This document shows positions 28,977 to 39,491 of a DNA stretch of 64,000 nt, piece after piece. The position numbers were made by a program, and so were the translations under genes. The DNA comes from Candidatus Latescibacterota bacterium (GTDB taxonomy: Bacteria > Latescibacterota > UBA2968 > GCA-2709665), in assembly GCA_965219455.1 (NCBI GenBank), contig OZ244744.1, positions 4,672,001-4,736,000 on the forward strand. Reading direction: 5' to 3'. Position 1 is the first letter of the stretch, and every line of letters starts with the position of its first letter. Under the pieces are notes generated by a model. The model did not search any database and had not been told where the DNA came from. It saw only the letters and a program-made list of their open reading frames with translations.

Positions 28977-29406
28977 CAAACCAGGCTACATATGTGACTG
29001 CCTTGTTTATGCCGGCGATTTTGACGAAATTTCAATTCACCTCCTTCCAAAGATACATCGAATAAGGGTCAGAAACTCTGAAGCCGCCAGGCGCAAGCTC
29101 TTGTGTCTCGGAATAGAGACCGATCCGGACAAGAAATGTTACATCTTTGTAAATACGGAGGATAAGACGCAGATAATCGAATTTGTCGCCAACGTCTATA
29201 TTTTCGAGGATCGACATTTCACGAAGACGCCCAGCAACGAGTACATCTCCAGAGAACCGGTCGAAGCCATCGGTTCGGAAGTATATGCGATGCCTGAGAT
29301 TCTGCGCCTATGGGGCATCCAACTCATCACAGTCGACTCGGTGCCCGATCTATCAAGGATTCTCACCGACGCTGGCGTCGTCTATTCCTATCAGACAGGA
29401 TCGTAA
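28977..29406 (+). pseudogene. 3' part of a hypothetical gene lacking its native start
   Basis: ORF 28879-29406 begins inside the MITE; the remainder (LVYAGDFDE..LLPK..NEYISREPVEAI) is not GFA-like. Confidence 0.5.
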
Positions 29407-29501
29407 ATCTCGCCTTATCAACTAATTGCGTCTGTGCTGAATTGCGCCAGATTAGTAATCGGGACTCACGTGAGCACAAATTCACGAATCGGTACTTTGT
29501 A

Positions 29502-30071
29502 ATGGAAAAACTGACTAAACAACTGCGCCTGAGGGAGTTCACCAGGAATGACGTGGACGCCGTCGCCGAGTTCAGGAAGGACCCGAGGTACCTGGAATAC
29601 TATTACCGGCCTCCCTACACAAGAGAAGAGTGCGTCCACTTTGTAGACAAATGCATCGCATGGTCCAGAGAAAATCCGAGATGCAAGTTTCAGCTGGCCA
29701 TCACAGACCGATCAGGCGATGTATTGCTCGGTAACTGCGGAGTGCGTACAGAAAGCATTGAGAGCCGACGAGGCGACGTCGGTTACGAGTTGTCGCCCGT
29801 TTATTGGGGCCACGGCTTTGCGTCAGAAGCGGTCCGGGCCATCCTGCAGGTAGGTTTTGAAGATTTGAGCCTGGACCGGATCGAAGCCAGATGCGTAGTT
29901 GCAAACAAACGTTCTGTCCGTCTTCTCGAACGGCTAGGCTTCGAGGAGGCGGAGCGCATACCGCCCGGACCGGGCAGAGGCGAATTTGCAGACCGCGTGT
30001 TGCCCGAGCGGTGCGTATTCCTCTTGGATCGGGACAGATGGATTCACGGATTATCTGGTCTTGACGCTTAA
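29502..30071 (+). CDS. GNAT acetyltransferase, RimJ/RimL type
   Basis: LRLREF, DVGYELSPVYWGHGFASEA, NKRSVRLLERLGF. Confidence 0.9.
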   Translation: MEKLTKQLRLREFTRNDVDAVAEFRKDPRYLEYYYRPPYTREECVHFVDKCIAWSRENPRCKFQLAITDRSGDVLLGNCGVRTESIESRRGDVGYELSPVYWGHGFASEAVRAILQVGFEDLSLDRIEARCVVANKRSVRLLERLGFEEAERIPPGPGRGEFADRVLPERCVFLLDRDRWIHGLSGLDA

Positions 30072-30107
30072 TTTTGGCACTGTATTCTTTCTCACTGCAA
30101 TGGAGGT

Positions 30108-30896
30108 ATGAAGCGCATGCGAATCGCCATCATCTCAGATATCCACGGGAATTTCGTGGCTTTTGAAGCTATCTTGAACGATCTCAAAACAGAACACATC
30201 GATCGCATTGTGTGCCTGGGTGACGTCGTCTCCGGAGGTCCCCAACCAGGTGAGGTCATTGCCCACTTGAAGACACTGAATAGTCCGGTCGTCATGGGCA
30301 ACATGGACAACTGGTGTCTCAACCCACAACCAGGTGAAGGAAATAGCAAGAACGCCAAACCAGGAGATGAAGTTCAATTATGGGGTGTCCGTAAGCTATC
30401 ACCTGAGGATCTCGACTACATGCGCACGTTCCAGGCAACGGTCGAGATACCTCTCGATGCAACTACCAGTCTTCTTTGCTTTCACGGTTCCCCACATTCC
30501 AATGAAGATGTAATTGTCTCAACCACTCCGGATGAGGAAATGGAACGCATGCTGTCTGGTTATCGCGCTATGGTATTGGCCGGGGGACATACGCACACGC
30601 AGATGATTCGTTATTATGCAGATAGCACGATAGTCAATCCTGGAAGCGTTGGTGCTCCTATTCATGCGTACGAGCGCATACGCCGAGTTACTCAACGACC
30701 GTTGAGTGATCTGCCCGATAGGCAATATCCTCCCTGGGCAGAATATGGAGTTGTCGCCTGGGAAAATAGGAGCCTTAGTATCGAGTTGCGTCGCGTGCCG
30801 ATTGATATCGATTTGCTGGTGAAAAAAACGCACGAGAGTGGGATGCCACACGCTGATTGGTGGTTGAGTTCACGGTATGGCGATTCGTTGAAATGA
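30108..30896 (+). CDS. Calcineurin-like metallophosphoesterase
   Basis: SDIHGN, LGDVV, GNMD, FHGSP, GHTH, NPGSVG. Confidence 0.92.
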   Translation: MKRMRIAIISDIHGNFVAFEAILNDLKTEHIDRIVCLGDVVSGGPQPGEVIAHLKTLNSPVVMGNMDNWCLNPQPGEGNSKNAKPGDEVQLWGVRKLSPEDLDYMRTFQATVEIPLDATTSLLCFHGSPHSNEDVIVSTTPDEEMERMLSGYRAMVLAGGHTHTQMIRYYADSTIVNPGSVGAPIHAYERIRRVTQRPLSDLPDRQYPPWAEYGVVAWENRSLSIELRRVPIDIDLLVKKTHESGMPHADWWLSSRYGDSLK

Positions 30897-30937
30897 GGCA
30901 TCGGAGGGGACTACACTCTTAGCAGGGAGGTAAAACT

Positions 30938-31297
30938 GTGAGCGTACATCGCATCACAGCGATGGTTCCAATAACGGATCTGGATCAGGCTATTACCTTC
31001 TACACGCGGGGCCTCGGTCTGCAGGTCGTTCGCCGCAGAGATGATTGGGGCCACGCCGTGCTGGAAGGTGAACACGGCTGCCAGGTGATGATCGACCGAT
31101 CGATACGCAAGGAATCGAACGCTTCCACCGTCGTTTACTACTATACGTCCGATATTGAAACAGTACGGGACCGCCTGGTTGCCGCAGGTTTCGACCCCAA
31201 TCCTGTCGGTGTAACATTCTACGACATGACGGAATTTAGAGTTCGCGATCCGGATGGAAACGAGGTCTGGGTCGGCGAACGTGAGGCTCCCGGGTAA
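30938..31297 (+). CDS. VOC/glyoxalase family protein
   Basis: DLDQAITFYTRGLGL, EFRVRDPDGNEV. Confidence 0.88.
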   Translation: MSVHRITAMVPITDLDQAITFYTRGLGLQVVRRRDDWGHAVLEGEHGCQVMIDRSIRKESNASTVVYYYTSDIETVRDRLVAAGFDPNPVGVTFYDMTEFRVRDPDGNEVWVGEREAPG

Positions 31298-31395
31298 GCG
31301 TTCTTGAGCTTGCTTTGAAACGGCCCTGACAGCGATCCCCATTCTGGAGCACCGAATTCGAGTCGCACGAATCGACTTTCGAAAGGAAAAATTCC

Positions 31396-32298
31396 ATGAG
31401 CAATTATATTGTCGTATCGAGCATTTCCTACGCCCCGATCAGCGGAGAGGACGAGGCGGTGATGAAGCAGACCCACAAGGACCTGAAGGACCTGGTGGGG
31501 CAGGTCGCCCGGGCAACCACGCCCGATCTGATCGTCCTGCCCGAGACCATCTGCCGGAACTGCGACGAGGAGGTGCCCGAAGGGCCTACAACCCAACTAC
31601 TGGCCGGCCTGGCCCGGGAGTACGGCTGCTATATCACGGTGCCGGTGCATGAGAAAGAGCGCAAGAGCGGGGCGGTCTTCAATGTCCTCGGGCTGCTCGA
31701 TCGGCAGGGTGAATTGGCCGGCGTCTACCGCAAGTACATCCCAGTCTACCCGGAGTTCGACCACGGCACCCGTCCAGGTCCGGGCGCGACCCTGATCCGC
31801 ACCGAATTCGGGCCGGTGGGTGGCGTGATCTGTTTCGATCTGAACTTTGGGGAATTGCGGGCCCAGTACAAAAAGCTCAAGCCGAAACTGCTGCTATTCA
31901 GTTCCATGTACCACGGCGGGATGGTGCAGAACTTCTGGGCGCTGGACGTGCAGGCCTTTTTCGTCGGTTCGGTGTACAAGGGTACGCCCTGCACCATTAT
32001 CGATCCGCAGGGAACGACCCTGGCAAAGAGCAACAACTACCAGAGTTGGGCCACGGCGCGCATCAATCTGGACTTTGAAGTGGTACATCTCGACAAGAAT
32101 CGAGCCAGGTTCGACGATATCCATCGTCAATACGGCGAGGCCGTGCGTATTGTCACGACCGGGGAGGTGGGCACTTCGGTGATCTACAGCGAGACTGCGG
32201 AGCGCACCGCAGCCGATATCGTCGATGAGTTCGAGTTGGTGCGGCTGGACGATTACTTTGATTGGTCGCGGCAACTGCGGACGGAGCATCTGGCGTGA
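31396..32298 (+). CDS. Carbon-nitrogen hydrolase (nitrilase superfamily)
   Basis: E-K-C triad: DLIVLPE, YRK, ICFD. Confidence 0.88.
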   Translation: MSNYIVVSSISYAPISGEDEAVMKQTHKDLKDLVGQVARATTPDLIVLPETICRNCDEEVPEGPTTQLLAGLAREYGCYITVPVHEKERKSGAVFNVLGLLDRQGELAGVYRKYIPVYPEFDHGTRPGPGATLIRTEFGPVGGVICFDLNFGELRAQYKKLKPKLLLFSSMYHGGMVQNFWALDVQAFFVGSVYKGTPCTIIDPQGTTLAKSNNYQSWATARINLDFEVVHLDKNRARFDDIHRQYGEAVRIVTTGEVGTSVIYSETAERTAADIVDEFELVRLDDYFDWSRQLRTEHLA

Positions 32299-32368
32299 GT
32301 TCTGCTATGCACCACGACGGAGCAATGCTAAGGATTGCTCTTGCATCACAACGAAAACCGGTTAGGCT

Positions 32369-33235
32369 ATGCAAGTCGCGTTTCTCGGTACATCCGCCGC
32401 GCCTTCGATGCCAAACCCTTTCTGCGTGTGTCAGGCCTGCTCCGGCGCGAGGCGGGCGGGCGGCAGGAATCTTCGCAGGCGGTCGTCCATCGCAATCGAC
32501 GATGACCTGCTGGTGGACATCGGACCGGATATCGCGACTGCGTCGTTCGATCACGGCGTCTGTCTTGCGGGCATCGGAGTCTGCCTCCTGACGCATGCCC
32601 ACGAGGACCACTTCGATCCCGAATTCCTCATGGCCAGACACAAGGATTACGGGACCGTCGTCGCGAAGGACATGGTTCTGGCAGGATCAATCGACACGCT
32701 GAGAGCCATTGACACGGACCTGGCCGGGAGATGCGAGTATGGAAGTATTTTCGATCGAGACACCCGGCGTGCCCTGAAAATCGATCCTTTGAAGGTCGAA
32801 GCATTCAAGAAGCAGGTCATCGGCAAATACCGTATCACAGGGTATCCCGCGAACCACGGCTCCGTAAAGGGCGCTATGCTGTATGCGATCGAGCAGGGAC
32901 CGCATGCCATTTTCTACGGGACCCATACGTCGGTGCTACCGGAGCATATATGGGAGCATCTCGTGTTTACAGGAACGCGGTTCGATCTGCTCATCCTGGA
33001 TCACACGTACGGCATCGGCTTTGACGTCAGTCCGCCCGATCATCTTGCGTCCGTTGATGTAATCGGTCACGTGGCTCGATTTCGGCAAAGCGGGCTTCTC
33101 AAGGATCGTGCGCAGGCATACGCGACGCATATTTCCCACGAGGGATACCTGGAACACGATGAATTGGACAGGTATGCCGCCTCAAATGGGTACAGAATCG
33201 CATTTGACGGTTTGTCGCTGACAATCGATGGGTGA
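32369..33235 (+). CDS. MBL-fold metallohydrolase (PhnP-like)
   Basis: FLGTSAA..P.PFCVCQAC, RRRSS, THAHEDH, ANH, THISH. Confidence 0.85.
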   Translation: MQVAFLGTSAAPSMPNPFCVCQACSGARRAGGRNLRRRSSIAIDDDLLVDIGPDIATASFDHGVCLAGIGVCLLTHAHEDHFDPEFLMARHKDYGTVVAKDMVLAGSIDTLRAIDTDLAGRCEYGSIFDRDTRRALKIDPLKVEAFKKQVIGKYRITGYPANHGSVKGAMLYAIEQGPHAIFYGTHTSVLPEHIWEHLVFTGTRFDLLILDHTYGIGFDVSPPDHLASVDVIGHVARFRQSGLLKDRAQAYATHISHEGYLEHDELDRYAASNGYRIAFDGLSLTIDG

Positions 33236-33288
33236 CTGCGGGCCGCTTCGCCGCGCCGGCTGCGCAAATGAGTACAAATGAGGATGTA

Positions 33289-34380
33289 ATGGAAGAGATC
33301 CGCCCCATCCGCGAGTCAGAACTCGACGAACTCCTCGACTTGATCTGCGCCGTGCACAACCCCAACGGCCGCGAGCGCTACCGGGGGTACATCGAAGGCG
33401 ATCCGACGTGGCGTACGTCACAATCTCCAGTCGTCGTTGTCGACGGCCGGATTGTGTCGACGCTGCGGATCTGGGAACGCCGGGTCCACGTTGGCGCCAC
33501 GCACTTCCGAATGGGCGGTGTGGGCGGTGTCACCACTCATCCCGACTACCGGAAACGCGGCATAGCCACGCGGCTGATGGAGCATGCGGCGGATTACATG
33601 CGCGACGATGGCTACGACCTGGGTCTGCTGTTCACGGAGATTCCGGCAGGTTTCTACCGTCGCCTCGGCTGGTGCTGCGTGCCACTCACGGGTTTTCACG
33701 CAGAGTTGCGACGTCCTGCGAAGCGGGGGCGGTCGGCACTTGAGGTCCTGCCATTCGATGAGAGCCGCGACCTGGAGGAGACGGTAATGCTCTATCGCCG
33801 CCACAACGCCGGTCGTAGCGGCAGCCTCGCGCGTCCACGTCCGTACTGGGACTACACACCGTCCCGCGTGCGGGGCGTGTTGCCCACTACCGTCGTCAGT
33901 GGCCCGGCGGGACTCTGCGGGTACATCAATTGGGAGAGAGACGACGAACGTGCTGAGGTGTATGAGGTCGCTTATGAGAGCGGCCCGGCCCTCGATGCCC
34001 TTGTGCAGTTCCTGCTCGACGAGTGCTCAGAGGCCGGAGTGACGCAGATCCACGGCGAGATTCCCCATACTCACCCTTTTGTCGACGCCCTGGTCGTTGC
34101 CTCTGACGCTGATCTGGAACTCACGGGCGATAACTCGATGATGGCCCTGCCCTTCGACCTCGGTTCGATGATCGACAGGGTTGTTCCCGAAGCCGGTGAG
34201 TTGGCGCCCGGGCTGCCGGCCGATCTGATGTGCCGGCTCCTGTTTGGCGAGTCATCCGGCCCCGATGTGGAGCCCATCCTTCGCGCCCGCGGGATCTCGC
34301 TGGAGGCCGGGGAATCCCGCCAGCTCGAGGAGTGGTTCCCTCGCCGCGAGGTCATTTTCTGGGCGCCGGACCACTTCTGA
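33289..34380 (+). CDS. GNAT acetyltransferase (Eis-like)
   Basis: MGGVGGVTTHPDYRKRGIA, FYRRLGW; second GNAT-like lobe. Confidence 0.85.
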   Translation: MEEIRPIRESELDELLDLICAVHNPNGRERYRGYIEGDPTWRTSQSPVVVVDGRIVSTLRIWERRVHVGATHFRMGGVGGVTTHPDYRKRGIATRLMEHAADYMRDDGYDLGLLFTEIPAGFYRRLGWCCVPLTGFHAELRRPAKRGRSALEVLPFDESRDLEETVMLYRRHNAGRSGSLARPRPYWDYTPSRVRGVLPTTVVSGPAGLCGYINWERDDERAEVYEVAYESGPALDALVQFLLDECSEAGVTQIHGEIPHTHPFVDALVVASDADLELTGDNSMMALPFDLGSMIDRVVPEAGELAPGLPADLMCRLLFGESSGPDVEPILRARGISLEAGESRQLEEWFPRREVIFWAPDHF

Positions 34381-34471
34381 TGTCCCGCGTGTCCATCTCG
34401 CCAAAAACACCGGACCGGGTCATCCGATACGAGCGGTCCCGCCTACGGCTGGGCCGAACAGGAGTGCGGCG

Positions 34472-35407
34472 GTGGAAATTTTCGAGCGTCCCGGACGGGT
34501 ATCGCGAACAGACGCGGTCTTGCGAGCGATTCTCGACGCTGCAAACCGGACGGAAGAGATCACTTCGATCGCCAGCAATGTCGAACTCTTCGTCCAGGAA
34601 TACGGATTGATCGCGGCCCATCTCCGGGGTTTGCACCGGGAGACAGGCCTTGTCGTCATTGTCAAGGTTGGCACCAGCGCGCGGGAAAATTTCTGGTGCA
34701 GGGAACTCCATCGACTTTGCCCCGACCTGGCGCCGAGGGTCTATGCCGCAGGTTCCCGCCTGGGCGATATCGACGTACATTGGCTGGCATCGGAAGCCAT
34801 ACCGTATGGGCCCCTGGGTGATTCCTGGAACGGCAGGGAATTCGAATTGATGCTCGACGCGGGGATTCGCTTCTATCAGCAGGCGAAGCTGATTGAAGAT
34901 CCCACGCTGAATGTCACCACGTCAACGGAAGTTGCCGGCTGGCTCGAGGGAGCGCTCAGGCAGCGTTGTCCGGGTGCCGTCCATGTACTTCTATCGAGAA
35001 TCGACGACCATTGGAACTTTGTCCTTGAGAAGTGTGAATCCGAGACCTGCTTCGATGACTTTCACCTGTGCAACGGATTGATGAGAGATCCTCCGCCTGA
35101 TGGAGAGCGTGCGGTTCTGATCGATATCCACCCGAATCGCCGCCCGTGGATCCTGGATCCGGCTTATCTCCAGGTGTTGAATTCGGGAGACAGGAATCGT
35201 CCGGGGCATCGGGACCTCGTCCACAGAATGGCCGTCAAACGCCGCGACGCGGGACTCAGGAGCCTCGAGGGTTCGGACCTGGTTGCGGCTACGAAAATCG
35301 CGCTGGGTTGGATGGCCGCCCGTCAATGGCAACCTGACCAGGCGGATTCGCAACCTGATTATCGCGAAGCGTATCAAGAGTTCATTGACAGCGCCGTTGA
35401 AGCGTAA
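34472..35407 (+). CDS. Aminoglycoside phosphotransferase/kinase-like protein
   Basis: VIVKV, LAPRVYA, CFDDFHLCN, VLID, DPAYL; GTG start after AGGAG. Confidence 0.6.
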   Translation: MEIFERPGRVSRTDAVLRAILDAANRTEEITSIASNVELFVQEYGLIAAHLRGLHRETGLVVIVKVGTSARENFWCRELHRLCPDLAPRVYAAGSRLGDIDVHWLASEAIPYGPLGDSWNGREFELMLDAGIRFYQQAKLIEDPTLNVTTSTEVAGWLEGALRQRCPGAVHVLLSRIDDHWNFVLEKCESETCFDDFHLCNGLMRDPPPDGERAVLIDIHPNRRPWILDPAYLQVLNSGDRNRPGHRDLVHRMAVKRRDAGLRSLEGSDLVAATKIALGWMAARQWQPDQADSQPDYREAYQEFIDSAVEA

Positions 35408-35445
35408 ATGGCTTCCAGGCATCTCTGGTCAGCGGGTCGGATTTA

Positions 35446-35610
35446 ACCCGTCTAAAAGGTTGTTGGAACTCTATCGAGAAGGTATCCAAGTCTCTATTGG
35501 GGCCTTTGAAAGTCCTGATACATCCAACACCGTTCGACGCTCGTTCGCCCGCTCCGTCGGTCTCTATTTTAGACGGGTAATTGTCTCACAATAGATGGGA
35601 ACGTAAGGGG
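35446..35610 (-). repeat. Dispersed repeat family R, copy with an internal 12-bp inverted repeat
   Basis: ACCCGTCTAAAA (35446) / TTTTAGACGGGT (35567); 35520-35610 is homologous to 42977-43067. Confidence 0.6.
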
Positions 35611-35714
35611 TACCTGTTGACCAATATGGCAATTGGAAGCCGTGGAGTTTATCTTCCGAATATGCGTGTGTTTTCCACGAAGACAGATCACCGTAGAATT
35701 CGAAAAATGTAGCC

Positions 35715-36623
35715 GTGACCCTCACCGCCGTCATCCTGATTCTCATCTCGGCCTTCACTCACGTAGGCTGGAACTTACTGGGTAAGCGGGAACAGCCCTC
35801 CGCTGCCTTCTTTCTGTTGGCCAACACACTTGGTTTTCTGTGTTTGTTGCCTACGCCTGTCCTGTTCGGTTCCGCAATTCCAGCCTTCCCTGCCTCAGTT
35901 TGGCTGTTGCTTGCCGCAACAGGATTTGTTCAGGCCCTCTACATGCTCGGGTTGGCTAACGCCTACCGCAGGGGAGACCTTTCCGTAGTCTATCCCATCG
36001 CACGGTCCTCTCCAATCATCGTTGTAATGATTGTCATACTTTTTCTTAAACGATCAGACCAGGTCAGCGCACAATGCATCTGTGGGATTGTACTGGTAGT
36101 GGTTGGGATGTTTGTCCTGCCCATGAAGAGCTTTGGCGATTTTCGAATTGGCAACTACCTGAATTCATCCGTATTATTTGCATTGTCGGCCGCCTTCGCA
36201 ACGGCGGGCTATACGATCATCGATGACGAAGCTTTGCGACGCCTGAGAGAACCTTCCGCCCTTCCCATTGCAACGTGGCAGGTTGCGATGTTATACGCAT
36301 TTTTCGAGGGCCTCACCACCTCTCTCTGGCTGGGGACGTGGGTTCTATTTCGAGATCGGGGTCGCAAGGTTGTGCGGGAAATTCTGAAAACGCGGCCATC
36401 CCAAGCCTTACTGGCGGGGATGGGCATGTTTGCCACTTATACTTTGGTTCTGATCAGTCTCGGCTTTGTCTCGAACGTCAGCTATGTCGTTGCATTTCGG
36501 CAGATCAGCGTTCCTTTGGGCACTGTTTTGGGTATCCTCATTCTCAAAGAACCCGCATATGTTTCCAAGTATATTGGCGTCGTCGTGGTATTTGCGGGGC
36601 TCGTTCTTGTCGGGACGGGATAA
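35715..36623 (+). CDS. EamA/DMT family transporter
   Basis: About 10 TM segments; AYRRGDLSVVYPIARS, VSYVVAFRQ, ILKEP. Confidence 0.9.
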   Translation: MTLTAVILILISAFTHVGWNLLGKREQPSAAFFLLANTLGFLCLLPTPVLFGSAIPAFPASVWLLLAATGFVQALYMLGLANAYRRGDLSVVYPIARSSPIIVVMIVILFLKRSDQVSAQCICGIVLVVVGMFVLPMKSFGDFRIGNYLNSSVLFALSAAFATAGYTIIDDEALRRLREPSALPIATWQVAMLYAFFEGLTTSLWLGTWVLFRDRGRKVVREILKTRPSQALLAGMGMFATYTLVLISLGFVSNVSYVVAFRQISVPLGTVLGILILKEPAYVSKYIGVVVVFAGLVLVGTG

Positions 36624-37057
36624 GAGCGTAGAACCCCATTTTGTCAGCAATTGTGCTTCTCCAACCCATAGGGATGTAGATCAGAAAGATGTTTTGCCTA
36701 TTTCAAAGTGAGACAATCGGTGCGGCTTTTAGCACCCGTAGCGAGTTTGTGTTTGTACACTGATGCTGGACCGTCGATGGTTGGTTCAGAGGTTGTTTGT
36801 TCGGGCCGCACAGTCCGTCGGAAATCACTACCGATTTCCGGTAGAAAAAACGGAAAGAGCGTTGTCTTTCCTCGCGCACGTCAGCGAGTTGCCACGCGAT
36901 GCGCAGATGATATTTCAGGGTTCCGACGAGGAGAACGTTTAACGAGGCGTTCCGGGGGAGGTTCGAGGATCCGCTTGAAGGGCTTCATCACAGATAGAAA
37001 TCGTGAAATGGAGACCGTTGTCGGCCCAATGTCGGGATTGAGCGGGAGCGTTGATCG

Positions 37058-37462
37058 ATGCCATCGCATTACGTGAAAGCGGGCGTCGCCGGGGTGATTC
37101 TCAGAGGTGACCGAATCGTGCTGGTTCGGCGGAAGTACGGGGCGAACAGGGGGAAATGGTGTATTCCTTGCGGCAACGTGGAGGTTGGCGAGGACGTCCG
37201 AACGGCCGTGCAACGCGAGATTAAGGAAGAGACGGGTCTGGACGTGGAAGTAGGTGACGTCCTGGACGTGCTCTCGACACATCACTCGCCCGAGCGAAGC
37301 GTCGTTGGCGTCTACTTCTTCGTCAAGGAAAAAGGGGGCGACCTCGTTGCCGGAGACGATGCCGCTCAAGTCGAGCTGTTTCCTCTTGGGCAGCTGCCGG
37401 CGGGCATGGCATTCGAGGCGGATCGAAAGATCATCGAGCGTCTGATAATCAGGAAGGCGTGA
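37058..37462 (+). CDS. NUDIX hydrolase
   Basis: GNVEVGEDVRTAVQREIKEETGL. Confidence 0.93.
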   Translation: MPSHYVKAGVAGVILRGDRIVLVRRKYGANRGKWCIPCGNVEVGEDVRTAVQREIKEETGLDVEVGDVLDVLSTHHSPERSVVGVYFFVKEKGGDLVAGDDAAQVELFPLGQLPAGMAFEADRKIIERLIIRKA

Positions 37463-37483
37463 AGGAATCGCGAAAGTAGATCA

Positions 37484-38344
37484 ATGCCATTTACATCCAT
37501 AAACGGCTTCAGGATGTTCTACGACGTCCGTGGGGAGGGGGACGTCGTGGTGTTCATCCACGGAGGATTTCCCTCCCTCGACATGCATCTCCGCGCCAAT
37601 TCGAACGGCGTATGGGGATGGGAGATGGATTTTACGTCGGAATTACGTTACGTGATGTACGACCGCCGGGGCTGCTGGCTGTCTGCTCGTCCGGAGTGCG
37701 GCTACGACCTGGAGAATCAGGCGCGTGACCTGGCCGAACTGCTGGACCACCTCGAAATCGAAAGAGCTCACGTGATCGGTTCCTCAGCCGGGGGTCCGAT
37801 TGCAATCCTCTTTGCAGCGCGCAATCCGGAGCGAGTCAAGACACTCGTATTGGCCGGGACCGCGGTGCATCTCTGGCCGGATGAAGACCCGGTTGCCCGC
37901 ATTATCAAAAAACAGTTGGAAATCCTTTATAATCAGGGTGATACATTAGCATGGTACAATCGGCCCGATGGTGTAGAGCTCTCTCTCGACGTTCTCTGGG
38001 AACGTGACGAGATGGAGGAGCGGGGAACGCTGGCGGAGTACGAGGCGCGAGTTAAAAGCCTTGTGGCGAGATCCAGCCTGCAGGAACGCATTGAGTGGTA
38101 CGGGACCCAGTTGAGATCGATTGACGCGTACCGTGACAGAGATTTATCTGTCGAATGCGGTCGGATCCGAGCGCCCACTCTCGTGGTTCACGGTGCCCGG
38201 GACAGGGAAGTGCCCCTGGATTGGGGCAGGGAACTGGCAGCGAAGATTCCCGGCGCCGAATTTCGGGTATATCCGGACAAGCCCCACAGCGTGGTCCACG
38301 GAAGCAAGAAAGTTCGCGAAGATCTGATGGCGTTCTTCCGGTAA
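37484..38344 (+). CDS. Alpha/beta hydrolase
   Basis: FIHGG, YDRRGC, GSSAGG, HGARDREVP, PHS. Confidence 0.9.
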   Translation: MPFTSINGFRMFYDVRGEGDVVVFIHGGFPSLDMHLRANSNGVWGWEMDFTSELRYVMYDRRGCWLSARPECGYDLENQARDLAELLDHLEIERAHVIGSSAGGPIAILFAARNPERVKTLVLAGTAVHLWPDEDPVARIIKKQLEILYNQGDTLAWYNRPDGVELSLDVLWERDEMEERGTLAEYEARVKSLVARSSLQERIEWYGTQLRSIDAYRDRDLSVECGRIRAPTLVVHGARDREVPLDWGRELAAKIPGAEFRVYPDKPHSVVHGSKKVREDLMAFFR

Positions 38345-38411
38345 GCGGGCGAGGGCGCTGAATCGCCGCGCGAAGCACACGACGTCATACGAACCCGCAG
38401 AGGTAACACAA

Positions 38412-38957
38412 ATGAGCGCAAGATTCATTGAACATCGACGACACTCGATGAGGACGAAACCGGGCCAGCATCTCTCTCAAGCCGGCGTCGACCTTGCCAG
38501 GCGGGTTGGCGCGGGAATGGCGAGATTCGACAAGGTCTATACCAGTCCTGTCCCGCGCGCATTCGAAACCGGCATTGCCATGGGATATGCGGTAGACCAT
38601 CAGGTCGAACGGCTTGCTTCCATGCCTTCGGACGTGGAGGTTTCCTTTGAGGTCGGATTTGGCGGATTCTCTGCCTACATTAGCGAACATCCGGATAGCG
38701 TCATCGCGAACTTCGCCAGAGAACTGGCCGCGTTTCATCGCGACGTAGTCCGGTCGCTTCCGGAAGGCGGCCGGGGGTTGATAATTTCCCATGGCGGATT
38801 TATCGAAGCCAGCGCGGTCGGTTGCCTGCCCGACGGGGACCACGATACCTGGGGCCCCTCCTCCAACTACTGCGAAGGGGTCAGATTGACGTACGACGAC
38901 GGGTTGTTCACGGAGTGCGAGATCCTCCGGATCCCGGGCACAATCCTTCTGAACTAA
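38412..38957 (+). CDS. Histidine phosphatase (phosphoglycerate mutase-like) family protein
   Basis: RRHS, TSPVPRAFETG, ISHGG. Confidence 0.8.
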   Translation: MSARFIEHRRHSMRTKPGQHLSQAGVDLARRVGAGMARFDKVYTSPVPRAFETGIAMGYAVDHQVERLASMPSDVEVSFEVGFGGFSAYISEHPDSVIANFARELAAFHRDVVRSLPEGGRGLIISHGGFIEASAVGCLPDGDHDTWGPSSNYCEGVRLTYDDGLFTECEILRIPGTILLN

Positions 38958-38960
38958 TCC

Positions 38961-39357
38961 GGTGTTCTGTCCCAATAATAGGTTGATTAAATTCGGCCGG
39001 TGAAGAGCAGCAAATACAGCTATCAGCTTTCAGCAGTCAGCTTGAATCAAAAACGAAAGACAAACAGCAAAGAGCGACCGGCGGAACCACCGCGAATCCA
39101 TCAGATTGATCTCCCTGAAATTCCTTTCGCCCTTTTTCTTGGGCGAAGCAAGAAAAAGGGCAAGGGAATAGGGGACGTTAAGGGTTTGGGGGAGACTTTA
39201 TAGGCGAAAATTGGTCGGAAAGGTGAAGCGCGGGTCCGCCTGGAACGCAGTTCCGATTGGCCGAAATAGTTGAGAGTATTGACGTTGGCGGACGACACCG
39301 CAGCGAGACGGGATGAATCGGTGGTCGAATGGTAGGATGTATTCGGGACAGGACACT
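38961..39357. mobile_element. IS630-like MITE, copy 2, enlarged by nested repeats
   Basis: Ends GTGTTCTGTCCC / GGGACAGGACACT; contains a heptamer run (39017-39041) and a hairpin end shared with the 16320-16810 element. Confidence 0.65.
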
Positions 39358-39491
39358 CGAGCCGACAAGTATCGATCGGTTGACACAGGATAATGCGATG
39401 CTCGTCCCTTTTGACAGTCAAATGCCACGCTGCTATAATGGGCTGACCGTCCAATGATATGAATCCATGGACCGTCTTCCGCGAGGACCTT

